From IMG/VR virus record IMGVR_UViG_3300021387_000036, positions 1 to 64,000 of that record: a DNA stretch of 64,000 nucleotides. One strand, 5' to 3'. This document shows, one piece after another, positions 9,975 to 19,613 of this stretch. A program made the position numbers and the translations under genes. Position 1 is the stretch's first letter. The number at the start of each line of letters is the position of its first letter. This DNA comes from a virus. Lineage: Duplodnaviria > Caudoviricetes. The notes under the pieces were generated by a model, which ran no database searches, was not told the DNA's origin, and saw nothing but the letters and a program-made list of their open reading frames with translations.

Positions 9975-10523
9975 ATGGATACTATTAAATTTAATGAATT
10001 ATATGAATTATATGGTTCTTCAGAAGAATCAACTATAACAGTTCCATTTAATGAAAATGTAAATATTAAAGTTATTCAGTATCTTCCAGCAGAAGAAAAG
10101 AATGATTTAATTACATTATCTTTACAGCAAGCTTGGGAAGAAAATGGATATAATGAATTTAAATTAGATACAATATTCCAAGTTTATATAGTATTTTTCT
10201 ATTCTGATATAGAATTTACAGATGAAGAAAAACAAAATTTATTTGATACTTATGATAAACTATATAATTTAGAAATTTTAGATAAAGTTATTGGGTCAAT
10301 TCCTGAAGAAGAATATGATGATTTATGTCATTTCTTAGATACTCAAAAAGAAAATAATTTAAAATCACGGACAAGTTTTTCATATACGGCACAACGCATA
10401 GTGGATACACTTCCTTTACAAGCAGAAAGAATGAAAGAAGTAATTGATAATGTTGATTTTAGTAAATATCAGCAAGTTATTAATGTAGCTGCCGCAACTG
10501 GTGCTAATAACGTTTCTAACTAA
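9975..10523 (+). CDS. Acidic hypothetical protein, possible tail assembly chaperone
   Basis: Directly upstream of the tape measure gene; RBS AAGGAG. Confidence 0.5.
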   Translation: MDTIKFNELYELYGSSEESTITVPFNENVNIKVIQYLPAEEKNDLITLSLQQAWEENGYNEFKLDTIFQVYIVFFYSDIEFTDEEKQNLFDTYDKLYNLEILDKVIGSIPEEEYDDLCHFLDTQKENNLKSRTSFSYTAQRIVDTLPLQAERMKEVIDNVDFSKYQQVINVAAATGANNVSN

Positions 10524-10524
10524 A

Positions 10525-10541
10525 GGTCAAAAGTGATTAAT
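10525..10541 (+). promoter_or_regulatory. Class-II motif (GG-N10-TTAAT), candidate late promoter element
   Basis: GGTCAAAAGTGATTAAT; matches copies at 19542, 25926 and 34970-34986. Confidence 0.4.
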
Positions 10542-10545
10542 AGAT

Positions 10546-10582
10546 ATGCCCTTATTATTAATAATAATAAGGGCATTTTTTT
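10546..10582 (+). terminator. Near-perfect palindromic terminator
   Basis: 15-bp arms ATGCCCTTATTATTA / TAATAATAAGGGCAT plus T-run. Confidence 0.75.
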
Positions 10583-10639
10583 ATTTTGTGCAAAATAAAA
10601 AATTCGATATATAAAAATTGTATAAGGAGGTAAAAGGAA

Positions 10640-13600
10640 ATGGCTAATGGCGGAAGAATAGATTTTACCGTTGGTTTTAAAACTGATAAATCTGGATTAA
10701 GTCAAATAAAAACTGAATTAAATGAGTTATCTAAGATATCTAGTCAAGATTTATTAAATATGAATCCTAATTTACAAGGTATAAAATCTGCAAAAGCAGA
10801 AATGCAAAAAATTCAAGCAACAGTTAAAGATGTTCAAAAAGCTTATAATAATGCTTTTAATCCTGCTACGAATATTACAAATATAGATAAATTAGCTACA
10901 TCTTTAAAAAAGATTGGAATTGAAAAAATTTATAAAGATTTTTCTAAACTTGGCGCTCAAGGAGTACAAGCTTTTAATAATATTGGTAAGCAAATTTTAT
11001 CTACTAATTTAAAATTTAAAGAAACCAATAATATAATAGATAAGATGGGAACCACTTTAATTAATACATTAAAGTGGAATATTTCTTCTAGTTTTATTAA
11101 TAGATTTACAGGTGCTTTTCAACAAGCTTACGGTTATGTTCAACATTTAGATACTTCATTAAATGATATTCGTATAGTAACTGGAAAATCAGCCGATGAA
11201 ATGGATAGGTTTGCAGTTCAAGCTAATAAAGTTGCACAAAGTTTAGGAAAAGCTACAACAGATTATACAGAAGCTTCTCTTATTTATTTCCAACAAGGTC
11301 TTGGAGATGAAGAAGCTATGGCTAGAGCTGAAACAACTTTAAAAGCAGCTAACGTAACTGGTCAGTCAACTGCAGAAGTATCTGAACAATTAACTGCTGT
11401 TTGGAATGGTTATCAAGTAAGTGCTGAAAACACAGAACAAGCAGTTGATAAATTAGCTGCGGTTGCCGCAACAACGGCTGCAGATCTTGAAGAATTATCA
11501 ACAGGTATGTCTAAAGTTGCATCTGCCGCAAACTCGATGGGCGTAGACATGGATCAATTAAATGCTACTATTGCTACCATTGAGTCTGTAACAAGACAAG
11601 CACCAGAGTCTGTTGGTACTGCATTAAAAACTATTTATGCTCGTATGGGAGATTTAAAGCTCGGGGGCACTGATGAGGATGGATTAAAATTAGGAGATGT
11701 ATCTGGAACTCTTCAGAAAGTAGGTATCGACGTACTTGATGTAAATGGTGAGCTTCGTGACATGGGTGTTGTCATAGAAGAAATTGGTGCTAAATGGGAT
11801 ACATGGACTAAGGCTGAACAAACTGCTATTGCTGAGGCGGTTGCAGGTAAAAGACAATATAATAATCTTTTTGCTTTATTTGATAACTGGGATATGTATA
11901 CTCAGGCTCTTGAAACTTCTCGTAATTCTATGGGAACTTTGCAAAAACAACAAGATATCTATATGGAATCAACAGCTGCGCATCTTCAACAATTAAAAAC
12001 ACAGTCTGAAAATTTATATGATTCATTAATTCAAACTTCAGATATAAATGCTGTAATTGATGCTATAATAAAAATAACAGAAGTTTTTACAGATTTAGTA
12101 GATAGTATTGGTGGGGGCAAATCAGTCTTATTAGGGCTTGGAGCAGTTGCAACAAATGTATTTAGTAAACAAATTTCTATTCAGCTAGAAGATATGATTA
12201 CTAAATTTAAAAATGGTAAAGAAAATGCTGCTCTTTTAAGCCAAGAGATTGCAAGAACTGCTAATTTAAAAGGAATTGGACAGACTAGTGAAGCTTTTGG
12301 TGCTTTAAAATCTTTAAAGCAAGATGCTCAACAATATTATGGAGTTATGTCTAATGAAGAAATTAAAAATATTAATACTGCTATTGAAAAAACTGTTGAT
12401 TTATATGCTGAAAAAGATAAATTAGTAGCGCAAGAAGAAGAACGGTTAAAAATAGTTAGGGCACAAATAGAGGAAACTGAAAAATATATTCACCTTTTAG
12501 CTAATGCACAGACAGGCAAAGATGGGAGAGGGCTTCCAGGAAGTGGCGGAAAAGCTGCCCAAGGATTGGATATTGAAGCTGGTGTAGGATTAGACGCAGG
12601 CGAGAAAACTTTAGAGTATGCAAATTCATTATTAAAAAAGAATGAAGAAGAACAAAGTATTGTTGAACAAGGTTGGGGTGAATTACAATCAGCTTTAGAA
12701 GAATATAAACAAAAACTTCAAGAATATAATGAATTAAAAAAGAATACTACAGAAGATGCAAATGGAAATGTAGATGTTTCTTTATTAGATGACGAAGAAG
12801 TAGATTCTTTTATAAATATTGGAAATGAATTAGATAACTTAAAAACAAAAATTCGAGATTTAAAGAACGATTTATCAAAATTATTTACTCAAAGCGGTAT
12901 TGAAGATTTTCAAACTGATTTAAATAATTTATATGATAGCTTTTTAAATTTGGCAGATGGCACTTCTAAAACAAGCGGAGGTTTGACAAGAAATATAAAT
13001 GATTTTGGAAAAGGTCTTCCAAATGCCATGAAAAAAGCTAAAGAGCAAAATGATAAATTTTTCAAAGCTCAACAAGAAGGGTATAAAGCTACTCATAAAG
13101 AAGCTGAAGATGCTCAAAGAAAAATTGAAGGGGTAGGAAATGCAGCTGAAGGTTCAGCTCAAGATATTAGAAGTTCATTTGCAACTCTTGATTTAAGACA
13201 ACAAATTCAAGGAATAATGAGATTTGGAAGTGGACTTACAAGCACTGCTTTTGCCATTCAGTCTATTAAAAATTTAGGTAGTATTTGGAATAATGAGGAT
13301 ATTACATTAGGAGAAAAACTTACTCAAACTATGATGAATTTAGGTATGGTTATTCCTAATGTGGTTTCAGCAGTTAAAAATTTATCATCTGGATTTCAAG
13401 CAGTTCAAACAGTCTTTCAGCAAATGCCTGTTTTATTTACTTCATTAACATATAATATAGCTTCTTGGGCAGGAGCAATTGACAAAGCAGCTATTGGGAA
13501 TCAAGTTTTATTAAATTTAGAGGATGAGCAGGCTGCTGCATTGATAAAAACTGCCTTAGGACAAGAGGTTGCTACAGATGCATTAACACAAGGAAAACTT

Positions 13601-16600
13601 GCAATTATAGCTGATACAGCAGCAAAACAAGGCAATAAAGTTGTTACAGAGGCAGTCACAACAGCTAATATAAAATTATCCACAGTTCTTAAAAAAGTTT
13701 ATGCTGAAATACTTGCAAATCCTGTAGGGGCAACTATCGCAGCTTTAACTGCAATAATTGTTGCAGCAACGATTGCTATTACTGCACATGACAAAGCAGC
13801 AAAAAATGCAGCAAAGCATGATTTAGAGAATGCAGAAACTTATGCAAAGGCTGCAAGAGAGAGAGCAGATTCTGCAAAAGAAGAATTAAATAATATTGAG
13901 CAGTTAATTAATAAATATAAAGAATTAAGAGAAGAATACACAGATCCTGAAGATATAGATGCGTTAAGAAGAAAAATATATGAATTAAGTCAAGAATATT
14001 CAATTCATATTGATATGCTTCAATTAATGAGTGCAAATTATGAAGAACTTGATGTTATGATGAATAACTTATTAAAAGAAGCTTCTAGCAAGGATGCAGA
14101 GATGACTTTAGAAGCTATTAATGCAGAAATAGATGCTTTAATTGCTAAATTAAGAAATTCTCAAATGGAAAATAGTCATCCTATATTAGATATGTTCCTT
14201 AAAATCGAAAATATTCTTCCAAATATCAATCTTCAAATTGAAGAGATGATTGAAAAACTTTTAGGATTTGAAATACCTGATTGGATGCATCAAATTTCGT
14301 CTATTTTCTTGGCTGGTCAAGGAGGCGCACCACTAGCTTATAATGAAGAGGCTTTAAAGAAAGGCAGTAAAAATGTTCAAAAGGTCATATCTTTATCTTC
14401 TTCTGGACAATTAGAGTTTGATGAAGAGACTTTTGCCTCTTATAATGCAGAACAACAAAAAGAGGTAAGAGATTGGCTACAAAAATATTATTCTGAAAAT
14501 GATAGTTTTGCAAGTTCTTATGCAAAAATGTTAGACCATTCTGCAGAGAATATTGAAAAAGCTATTGATTCAACCATTGAGGATACACAAAAAGTTCAAT
14601 CAGATATAGAAAATTATAAAACAACTAAAGCAGAAGATATTTTTACTCAATTATATGGAGATACTGATATTGGAACTTCTTATGAGTTTAACGATGCTAA
14701 AGAGCAAATTGCACAAAGACTTATTACAGACCTCCATTTAACAGAAGAAGAGGCTTATGATTTAGCAACGAAAACCCTAGAAAAAAATGCTTCTTATGAT
14801 GTTGCTGCAGCAGGTGCGATTTCAGATGCATTTGCATATAATACAGAAAAAGATAAAGCTAAAATTGAACAACAATATAATGAATTAAATACGGCTCAGC
14901 AGCATTTTGTATCTGAAAATCAAGAACTTCTTTCAATGTTTCCTGATATTAATACTTTTGAAGAAGAGTTTCATGATTTTATAGATACTGAAAATAGACA
15001 GGAAAATATGCTAAATGTTCAATTAGCTTTGACAAATGCAGATGGAACTCAATTAAAACCAGAAGATATTGATGCTCTTTTTTCTAATGACGATTTTAAT
15101 ATTGGAAAATCAAAAGATGAATTTGTAAATCAAACTTATCAACAACAACTTGCTGATTTAACAGCTTATTATATGCAAGCAAATACATTAGAGAATGATT
15201 TTCAAAATAATAAATTAGCTCATTATCAAGAAGAACAAAATAAAAGAGGAGAAGAGTTACAGGCACAATTAGAGAATTTTAAACAACAAGTTGACGCATT
15301 AGGTTATTCTGAAACTACTTTTTCTCAAGATTTTCAAGATTGGGTTATTAAAGAAGTTGCAATTGATGATGATGATATAGAATTATTAAATCAATATGTA
15401 GAAGGTTCTAAAGATTTAACAGATGCAGAATTAGAAGAAATAGAAGTTTTAAAAGAATCAAATCCAGAATTATTTAAGAAAATAGAGGCATACAAACAAT
15501 ATAATGAAATTATAAAAGAATCTCCAGAAGCTATTCAAAATGTAGCTAATAAAACTAAAAGTTATGGGAAAACTATTGATATAGTAACAGGACAGGTTAC
15601 TAAATTAAAAGAAGGTTTAAATGAAGCTTTTAAAAGTCAAGACTGGAGCTCTATTAAGAAAGCTAATAAAGAACTTCAAGATTTTACTAATAAAGGAATT
15701 GATGAATTACAATCATCTTATAATTCATTAACCTCTATAATGGATGAATATAATGAGACTCAAGTTATCTCAATGGATAATCTTCAAACTTTATTAAATA
15801 TGGATACTGCATATTTAGCTGCTTTACAAATAGAAGATGGACAGATGTCTCTTAATGAAGAGTCTCTTAAACAAATTGCGCTTGCTAGGTTAGATGAAGC
15901 TAGGGCAGAAGCATATGCGCAAGCTATGGAAGAACTTCATAATGAAGAAACTCGTAAAGGTATTGAACAAAGTCAACAAGCTGTTATTCAATTATCTTCT
16001 CTTGGCGGAGCCGCCGTTAATGCGGCAGAAGCGGCTAGAAGTGGTATAGACGCTTGGCGGGAGTATTGGGATGCTGCATTAAATCGTGAAGGTGTAGATA
16101 ATGATGCTTATGCACAGCAAGTTGGAGATGCTTTAAGAAATAAGCTTCAGATGATAGATGCAGCTGAAGCACAAATCATGTCAGGTAATTTTGGAACAAC
16201 TATGAAGGGTCCTAGTGCTAGCGGTTCTGACTCAAGTTCTGAAAAAGAGGCTGAACATGAAGATTATCTTGAAAGAGAAGCTGATATATACCGCACTATC
16301 AATGAAGAACTTGAACAAATTGAATCTACTTTAAGTAGAATTCAAAAGGTTGAAAGTCATGAGTGGGGTATCGACTATCAGAAGAGTCTCGAAGAAGAAA
16401 ATAAATTACTTGATGAGCAATTAGAGAAACTTCAAGAGAAAAAGGTCCTTCAAGAAAAAGATTTATCTGTTAGAAGAAAACAACTTGAGAATGTAGGAAT
16501 TAACTTCTCTGCGGATGGCAGCTCAATGCAAAATGCGGAAGCTACTTTAGATAGTTTATATGCTAGCTATAATGCAATGGTAGATAAGTATAATTCCATG

Positions 16601-19495
16601 ACTGCAGCTCAACAAGAAGGATATAAAGCTAGTCTTGAAGTAGAAAAAGATAGAATTGATAAAATTGAACAAAAAATAGAGGATTATGAAAGCACATTCT
16701 CTGAATATCAATCTACTTTAGATTCTTTATTAGACGCACATTATGCTGAAATTGAAAATGAAGTTAATCAATTTAATAATATGGTAGAGGTTCATCTTGA
16801 ACTAACTGAAGCTGAACGTGAATGGGATGACTTCTGGTACGATATAGTTCAAGATATGCAAGACGATGATTATCTCAAGCAAATCGAGAAAAGCGTTACA
16901 AAACTGGGTACTTTAATTGGTACTACGCTGGATAACGCTGATAGCGATGTTGAAGTTTTAACTCGTCACCTTGCAGATACGGTTACAGAGGTTCAGGCAC
17001 AAATAGCTAGCGCTAATCGAGGAGGCGAAGATAGTTTATTTGGTGATGATACAGCTGCCGCAAAAGAGAACCTTGAAGATTATAGAGATAAGTTGATTAA
17101 AGCATTAACTGAAGCTAAAGAAGAAATAGATAATATTTCTGAAAACTATATAAAAATGCTTGAACATGCGCAAGATTTAATTGATGACCAGGTTGATGGA
17201 TGGGAGGCTATTGGAGACCATCTTGAACACGATGTTGATTTAATTAAGTTAATTAGTGGTGATAAAGCATTTGATGCACTTAATAAACAATATGAAAAAC
17301 AGTTTAAAAATAATTTAAACTTAATAAATACTCAAAAACAAAGTCAAGATTTCTGGGCAGGTGAAATTGATAGGTATGAACAACTTTTATCTGTAACAGA
17401 TAAAAGCACTATTCAATGGAAAACTTATAGTGAAGCATTAGAAAAAGCTAGTGAAAATTATAAGAAAGCTGTTCAGGATTTAGATAAGACTATTGAAGAA
17501 GCTTTAAAAGACCTTGACACTTGGAGAAAGAATCAATCTGACGCTATCATGGATGCTCTTGATAAAGCGATAAGTGGTGGTTTAGGATTAGAATTAGTTG
17601 AAGAAGAATGGAAATTAATTAATGACCAAGCTGGTAAATATTTAGATAATGTTGAACGTGCTTACAGTATGGAAGACTATGCTAATATTTTAAATGATGC
17701 TGCAACCGCAACAGGACTTACCGCAGATAATCAAGCTAGGTTAAATAAATTTAGAGATGAAGAATTAAGAAAATTAAATGAAAAAGAAAAGCTTACTAAA
17801 TATGATATCGAAGAATCTAAGGCGCGTTTAGCTATTCTTCAACAACAGATTGCTCTTGAAGACGCTCAACGTAATAAGAGTAATATGAGGTTAAGAAGAG
17901 ATAATCAAGGAAATTATGTATATCAATATACTGCGGATGAGCAAGCTGTTGATAATGCTGATCAAGGATTATTAACTGCAAGAAAAGAATGGTATGATTT
18001 AGTTAAAGCTAGAAGAATTGAAACTAATGAATGGGTGCTTGCCGCAGAAAAAGAACTTCAAAAACTACTTGCTGAAGAAGATGAGGCAGCTAAAGCAGGA
18101 GACGAAGTTAGACTTAATAAGTTAAAAGAAATGGAAATTTTAGCTAGACAGGAAGTTGTAAATGCTCATGCGGAAGCTAATAAGAATATTCAAGATTTAT
18201 ATAGCGGAACTGCACAATTCTTTGCAGAAGTTGAAAATGCAGCTATTTTACCACAGAATGCAGCTACTATATCTCAATTAATTGAATCTTGGACTGGTAA
18301 AGGAGAAGAGAGTTTCTTAGGTGCTGTAACTAAAGCAGTTTCTGATTTAGGACAACTTCAAGAAGATTACTCTACTAGAACCAAACAAATTCTTGAAGAA
18401 GCTGGAGTAAATTATATAGAACTTAAAGAAAAAGGTATTGACCCAACTAATGATTCTCTTACTAGCATGATTATGACAAATGAAGAACTTTCTTATGCTC
18501 TTGATGATGTGAATACTCAATTAAGTCAAGAAGAGGGATTATTAAGACAAGTTGAAATGGCTTATCGTAGTTTACAATCTGCGGCGGTCAGCGCTATTCA
18601 ATCTGCTAATGCAGCTCTTAATACTCTTGCGGCAACCGCTATAAATACTGCAATGCAGGTTCGTGCAGCCATTGCGGCAGCTAGTTCCGCACCAGCTATA
18701 GTTGGAACTTCTTCATATAGTAGTAAATCATCTAGTAGCGGTACTTCTAAAGGCGGAAGTGGAATTGGTGCAAAATTCAATGCTAAGCAAGCCGAAAAAA
18801 CTGGTAATACTAATAACACTCGAAAACTTAAAACTATTGGATATGGAACAGGAGTTGTAGATGTTCCTACGGGAGGAGCTCTTGTAGATTTATCTAAAAT
18901 AACAATTAGTGGAACTTCTAAAGGCGGTTCTACTATTGGAAATTACAAAAAATCTGCGGTTGACATTCCATTAGATAAAAATATCTATGGAATGGGTGCT
19001 GGAACAATTGCAGACATGTCCCACTCATATTCTGATGACCTTGAATTATTAAGAAAATATGGATTGTTTGGAGTATATGGCTTTGCAACCGGAGGATACA
19101 CCGGCGATTGGTCAGGTTCTGGTATTGATGGACAAGGTGGAAGACTCGCAATTCTCCATCAAAAAGAACTTGTATTAAATGAGTCTGATACAAAAAATAT
19201 GCTTGAGGCTATAAAAGGATTAAGAGAATTAAACTTTAATGATGTTGCTAAAACTATTCTTCAATCATCAAATGTTCAAGCACAAGTATTAGCTCACGTA
19301 GGAAGTGGAATACTCCAAGGACTTGCAAATATTAATTCAGGTAATTCAACTGAAAATTACAGAAATGTAACTATAAATGCAGACTTTAGTGGAGTTAGAA
19401 GTGCAGATGCTATTTATCAAGCTCTTATGGAACTTGAAAACAGTGGTATGCAAACAGTATATTCAACTGCATCAAACACAAATATAGCTTACTAA
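10640..19495 (+). CDS. Tail tape measure protein
   Basis: 2951 aa, largely helical/coiled-coil. It has an N-terminal TP901-like tape-measure segment (ASLIYFQQG, VGTALKTIYARM), a central hydrophobic stretch and C-terminal FATGGYTG...AILHQKELVLN. Confidence 0.9.
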   Translation: MANGGRIDFTVGFKTDKSGLSQIKTELNELSKISSQDLLNMNPNLQGIKSAKAEMQKIQATVKDVQKAYNNAFNPATNITNIDKLATSLKKIGIEKIYKDFSKLGAQGVQAFNNIGKQILSTNLKFKETNNIIDKMGTTLINTLKWNISSSFINRFTGAFQQAYGYVQHLDTSLNDIRIVTGKSADEMDRFAVQANKVAQSLGKATTDYTEASLIYFQQGLGDEEAMARAETTLKAANVTGQSTAEVSEQLTAVWNGYQVSAENTEQAVDKLAAVAATTAADLEELSTGMSKVASAANSMGVDMDQLNATIATIESVTRQAPESVGTALKTIYARMGDLKLGGTDEDGLKLGDVSGTLQKVGIDVLDVNGELRDMGVVIEEIGAKWDTWTKAEQTAIAEAVAGKRQYNNLFALFDNWDMYTQALETSRNSMGTLQKQQDIYMESTAAHLQQLKTQSENLYDSLIQTSDINAVIDAIIKITEVFTDLVDSIGGGKSVLLGLGAVATNVFSKQISIQLEDMITKFKNGKENAALLSQEIARTANLKGIGQTSEAFGALKSLKQDAQQYYGVMSNEEIKNINTAIEKTVDLYAEKDKLVAQEEERLKIVRAQIEETEKYIHLLANAQTGKDGRGLPGSGGKAAQGLDIEAGVGLDAGEKTLEYANSLLKKNEEEQSIVEQGWGELQSALEEYKQKLQEYNELKKNTTEDANGNVDVSLLDDEEVDSFINIGNELDNLKTKIRDLKNDLSKLFTQSGIEDFQTDLNNLYDSFLNLADGTSKTSGGLTRNINDFGKGLPNAMKKAKEQNDKFFKAQQEGYKATHKEAEDAQRKIEGVGNAAEGSAQDIRSSFATLDLRQQIQGIMRFGSGLTSTAFAIQSIKNLGSIWNNEDITLGEKLTQTMMNLGMVIPNVVSAVKNLSSGFQAVQTVFQQMPVLFTSLTYNIASWAGAIDKAAIGNQVLLNLEDEQAAALIKTALGQEVATDALTQGKLAIIADTAAKQGNKVVTEAVTTANIKLSTVLKKVYAEILANPVGATIAALTAIIVAATIAITAHDKAAKNAAKHDLENAETYAKAARERADSAKEELNNIEQLINKYKELREEYTDPEDIDALRRKIYELSQEYSIHIDMLQLMSANYEELDVMMNNLLKEASSKDAEMTLEAINAEIDALIAKLRNSQMENSHPILDMFLKIENILPNINLQIEEMIEKLLGFEIPDWMHQISSIFLAGQGGAPLAYNEEALKKGSKNVQKVISLSSSGQLEFDEETFASYNAEQQKEVRDWLQKYYSENDSFASSYAKMLDHSAENIEKAIDSTIEDTQKVQSDIENYKTTKAEDIFTQLYGDTDIGTSYEFNDAKEQIAQRLITDLHLTEEEAYDLATKTLEKNASYDVAAAGAISDAFAYNTEKDKAKIEQQYNELNTAQQHFVSENQELLSMFPDINTFEEEFHDFIDTENRQENMLNVQLALTNADGTQLKPEDIDALFSNDDFNIGKSKDEFVNQTYQQQLADLTAYYMQANTLENDFQNNKLAHYQEEQNKRGEELQAQLENFKQQVDALGYSETTFSQDFQDWVIKEVAIDDDDIELLNQYVEGSKDLTDAELEEIEVLKESNPELFKKIEAYKQYNEIIKESPEAIQNVANKTKSYGKTIDIVTGQVTKLKEGLNEAFKSQDWSSIKKANKELQDFTNKGIDELQSSYNSLTSIMDEYNETQVISMDNLQTLLNMDTAYLAALQIEDGQMSLNEESLKQIALARLDEARAEAYAQAMEELHNEETRKGIEQSQQAVIQLSSLGGAAVNAAEAARSGIDAWREYWDAALNREGVDNDAYAQQVGDALRNKLQMIDAAEAQIMSGNFGTTMKGPSASGSDSSSEKEAEHEDYLEREADIYRTINEELEQIESTLSRIQKVESHEWGIDYQKSLEEENKLLDEQLEKLQEKKVLQEKDLSVRRKQLENVGINFSADGSSMQNAEATLDSLYASYNAMVDKYNSMTAAQQEGYKASLEVEKDRIDKIEQKIEDYESTFSEYQSTLDSLLDAHYAEIENEVNQFNNMVEVHLELTEAEREWDDFWYDIVQDMQDDDYLKQIEKSVTKLGTLIGTTLDNADSDVEVLTRHLADTVTEVQAQIASANRGGEDSLFGDDTAAAKENLEDYRDKLIKALTEAKEEIDNISENYIKMLEHAQDLIDDQVDGWEAIGDHLEHDVDLIKLISGDKAFDALNKQYEKQFKNNLNLINTQKQSQDFWAGEIDRYEQLLSVTDKSTIQWKTYSEALEKASENYKKAVQDLDKTIEEALKDLDTWRKNQSDAIMDALDKAISGGLGLELVEEEWKLINDQAGKYLDNVERAYSMEDYANILNDAATATGLTADNQARLNKFRDEELRKLNEKEKLTKYDIEESKARLAILQQQIALEDAQRNKSNMRLRRDNQGNYVYQYTADEQAVDNADQGLLTARKEWYDLVKARRIETNEWVLAAEKELQKLLAEEDEAAKAGDEVRLNKLKEMEILARQEVVNAHAEANKNIQDLYSGTAQFFAEVENAAILPQNAATISQLIESWTGKGEESFLGAVTKAVSDLGQLQEDYSTRTKQILEEAGVNYIELKEKGIDPTNDSLTSMIMTNEELSYALDDVNTQLSQEEGLLRQVEMAYRSLQSAAVSAIQSANAALNTLAATAINTAMQVRAAIAAASSAPAIVGTSSYSSKSSSSGTSKGGSGIGAKFNAKQAEKTGNTNNTRKLKTIGYGTGVVDVPTGGALVDLSKITISGTSKGGSTIGNYKKSAVDIPLDKNIYGMGAGTIADMSHSYSDDLELLRKYGLFGVYGFATGGYTGDWSGSGIDGQGGRLAILHQKELVLNESDTKNMLEAIKGLRELNFNDVAKTILQSSNVQAQVLAHVGSGILQGLANINSGNSTENYRNVTINADFSGVRSADAIYQALMELENSGMQTVYSTASNTNIAY

Positions 19496-19501
19496 AATTA
19501 T

Positions 19502-19541
19502 TATAGGAGTTGCTATTAATAGCAACTCCTATATTTTTTTT
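19502..19541 (+). terminator. Perfect palindromic terminator
   Basis: TATAGGAGTTGCTATTAATAGCAACTCCTATA plus T-run. Confidence 0.8.
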
Positions 19542-19558
19542 GGGTAAAGTTGCTTAAT
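19542..19558 (+). promoter_or_regulatory. Class-II motif, candidate late promoter element
   Basis: GGGTAAAGTTGCTTAAT, immediately after the terminator and upstream of the tail-tip gene. Confidence 0.4.
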
Positions 19559-19613
19559 ATTAAAAGTAGAAAAAATATATTATATATAAAAGAGAAAAAA
19601 GGAGGTTACTAAG

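Noticed and set aside
6223-10640. Programmed -1 frameshift tail chaperone pair
   Set aside because: No overlapping downstream frame of suitable size was found, and the gene before the tape measure ends in a terminator.
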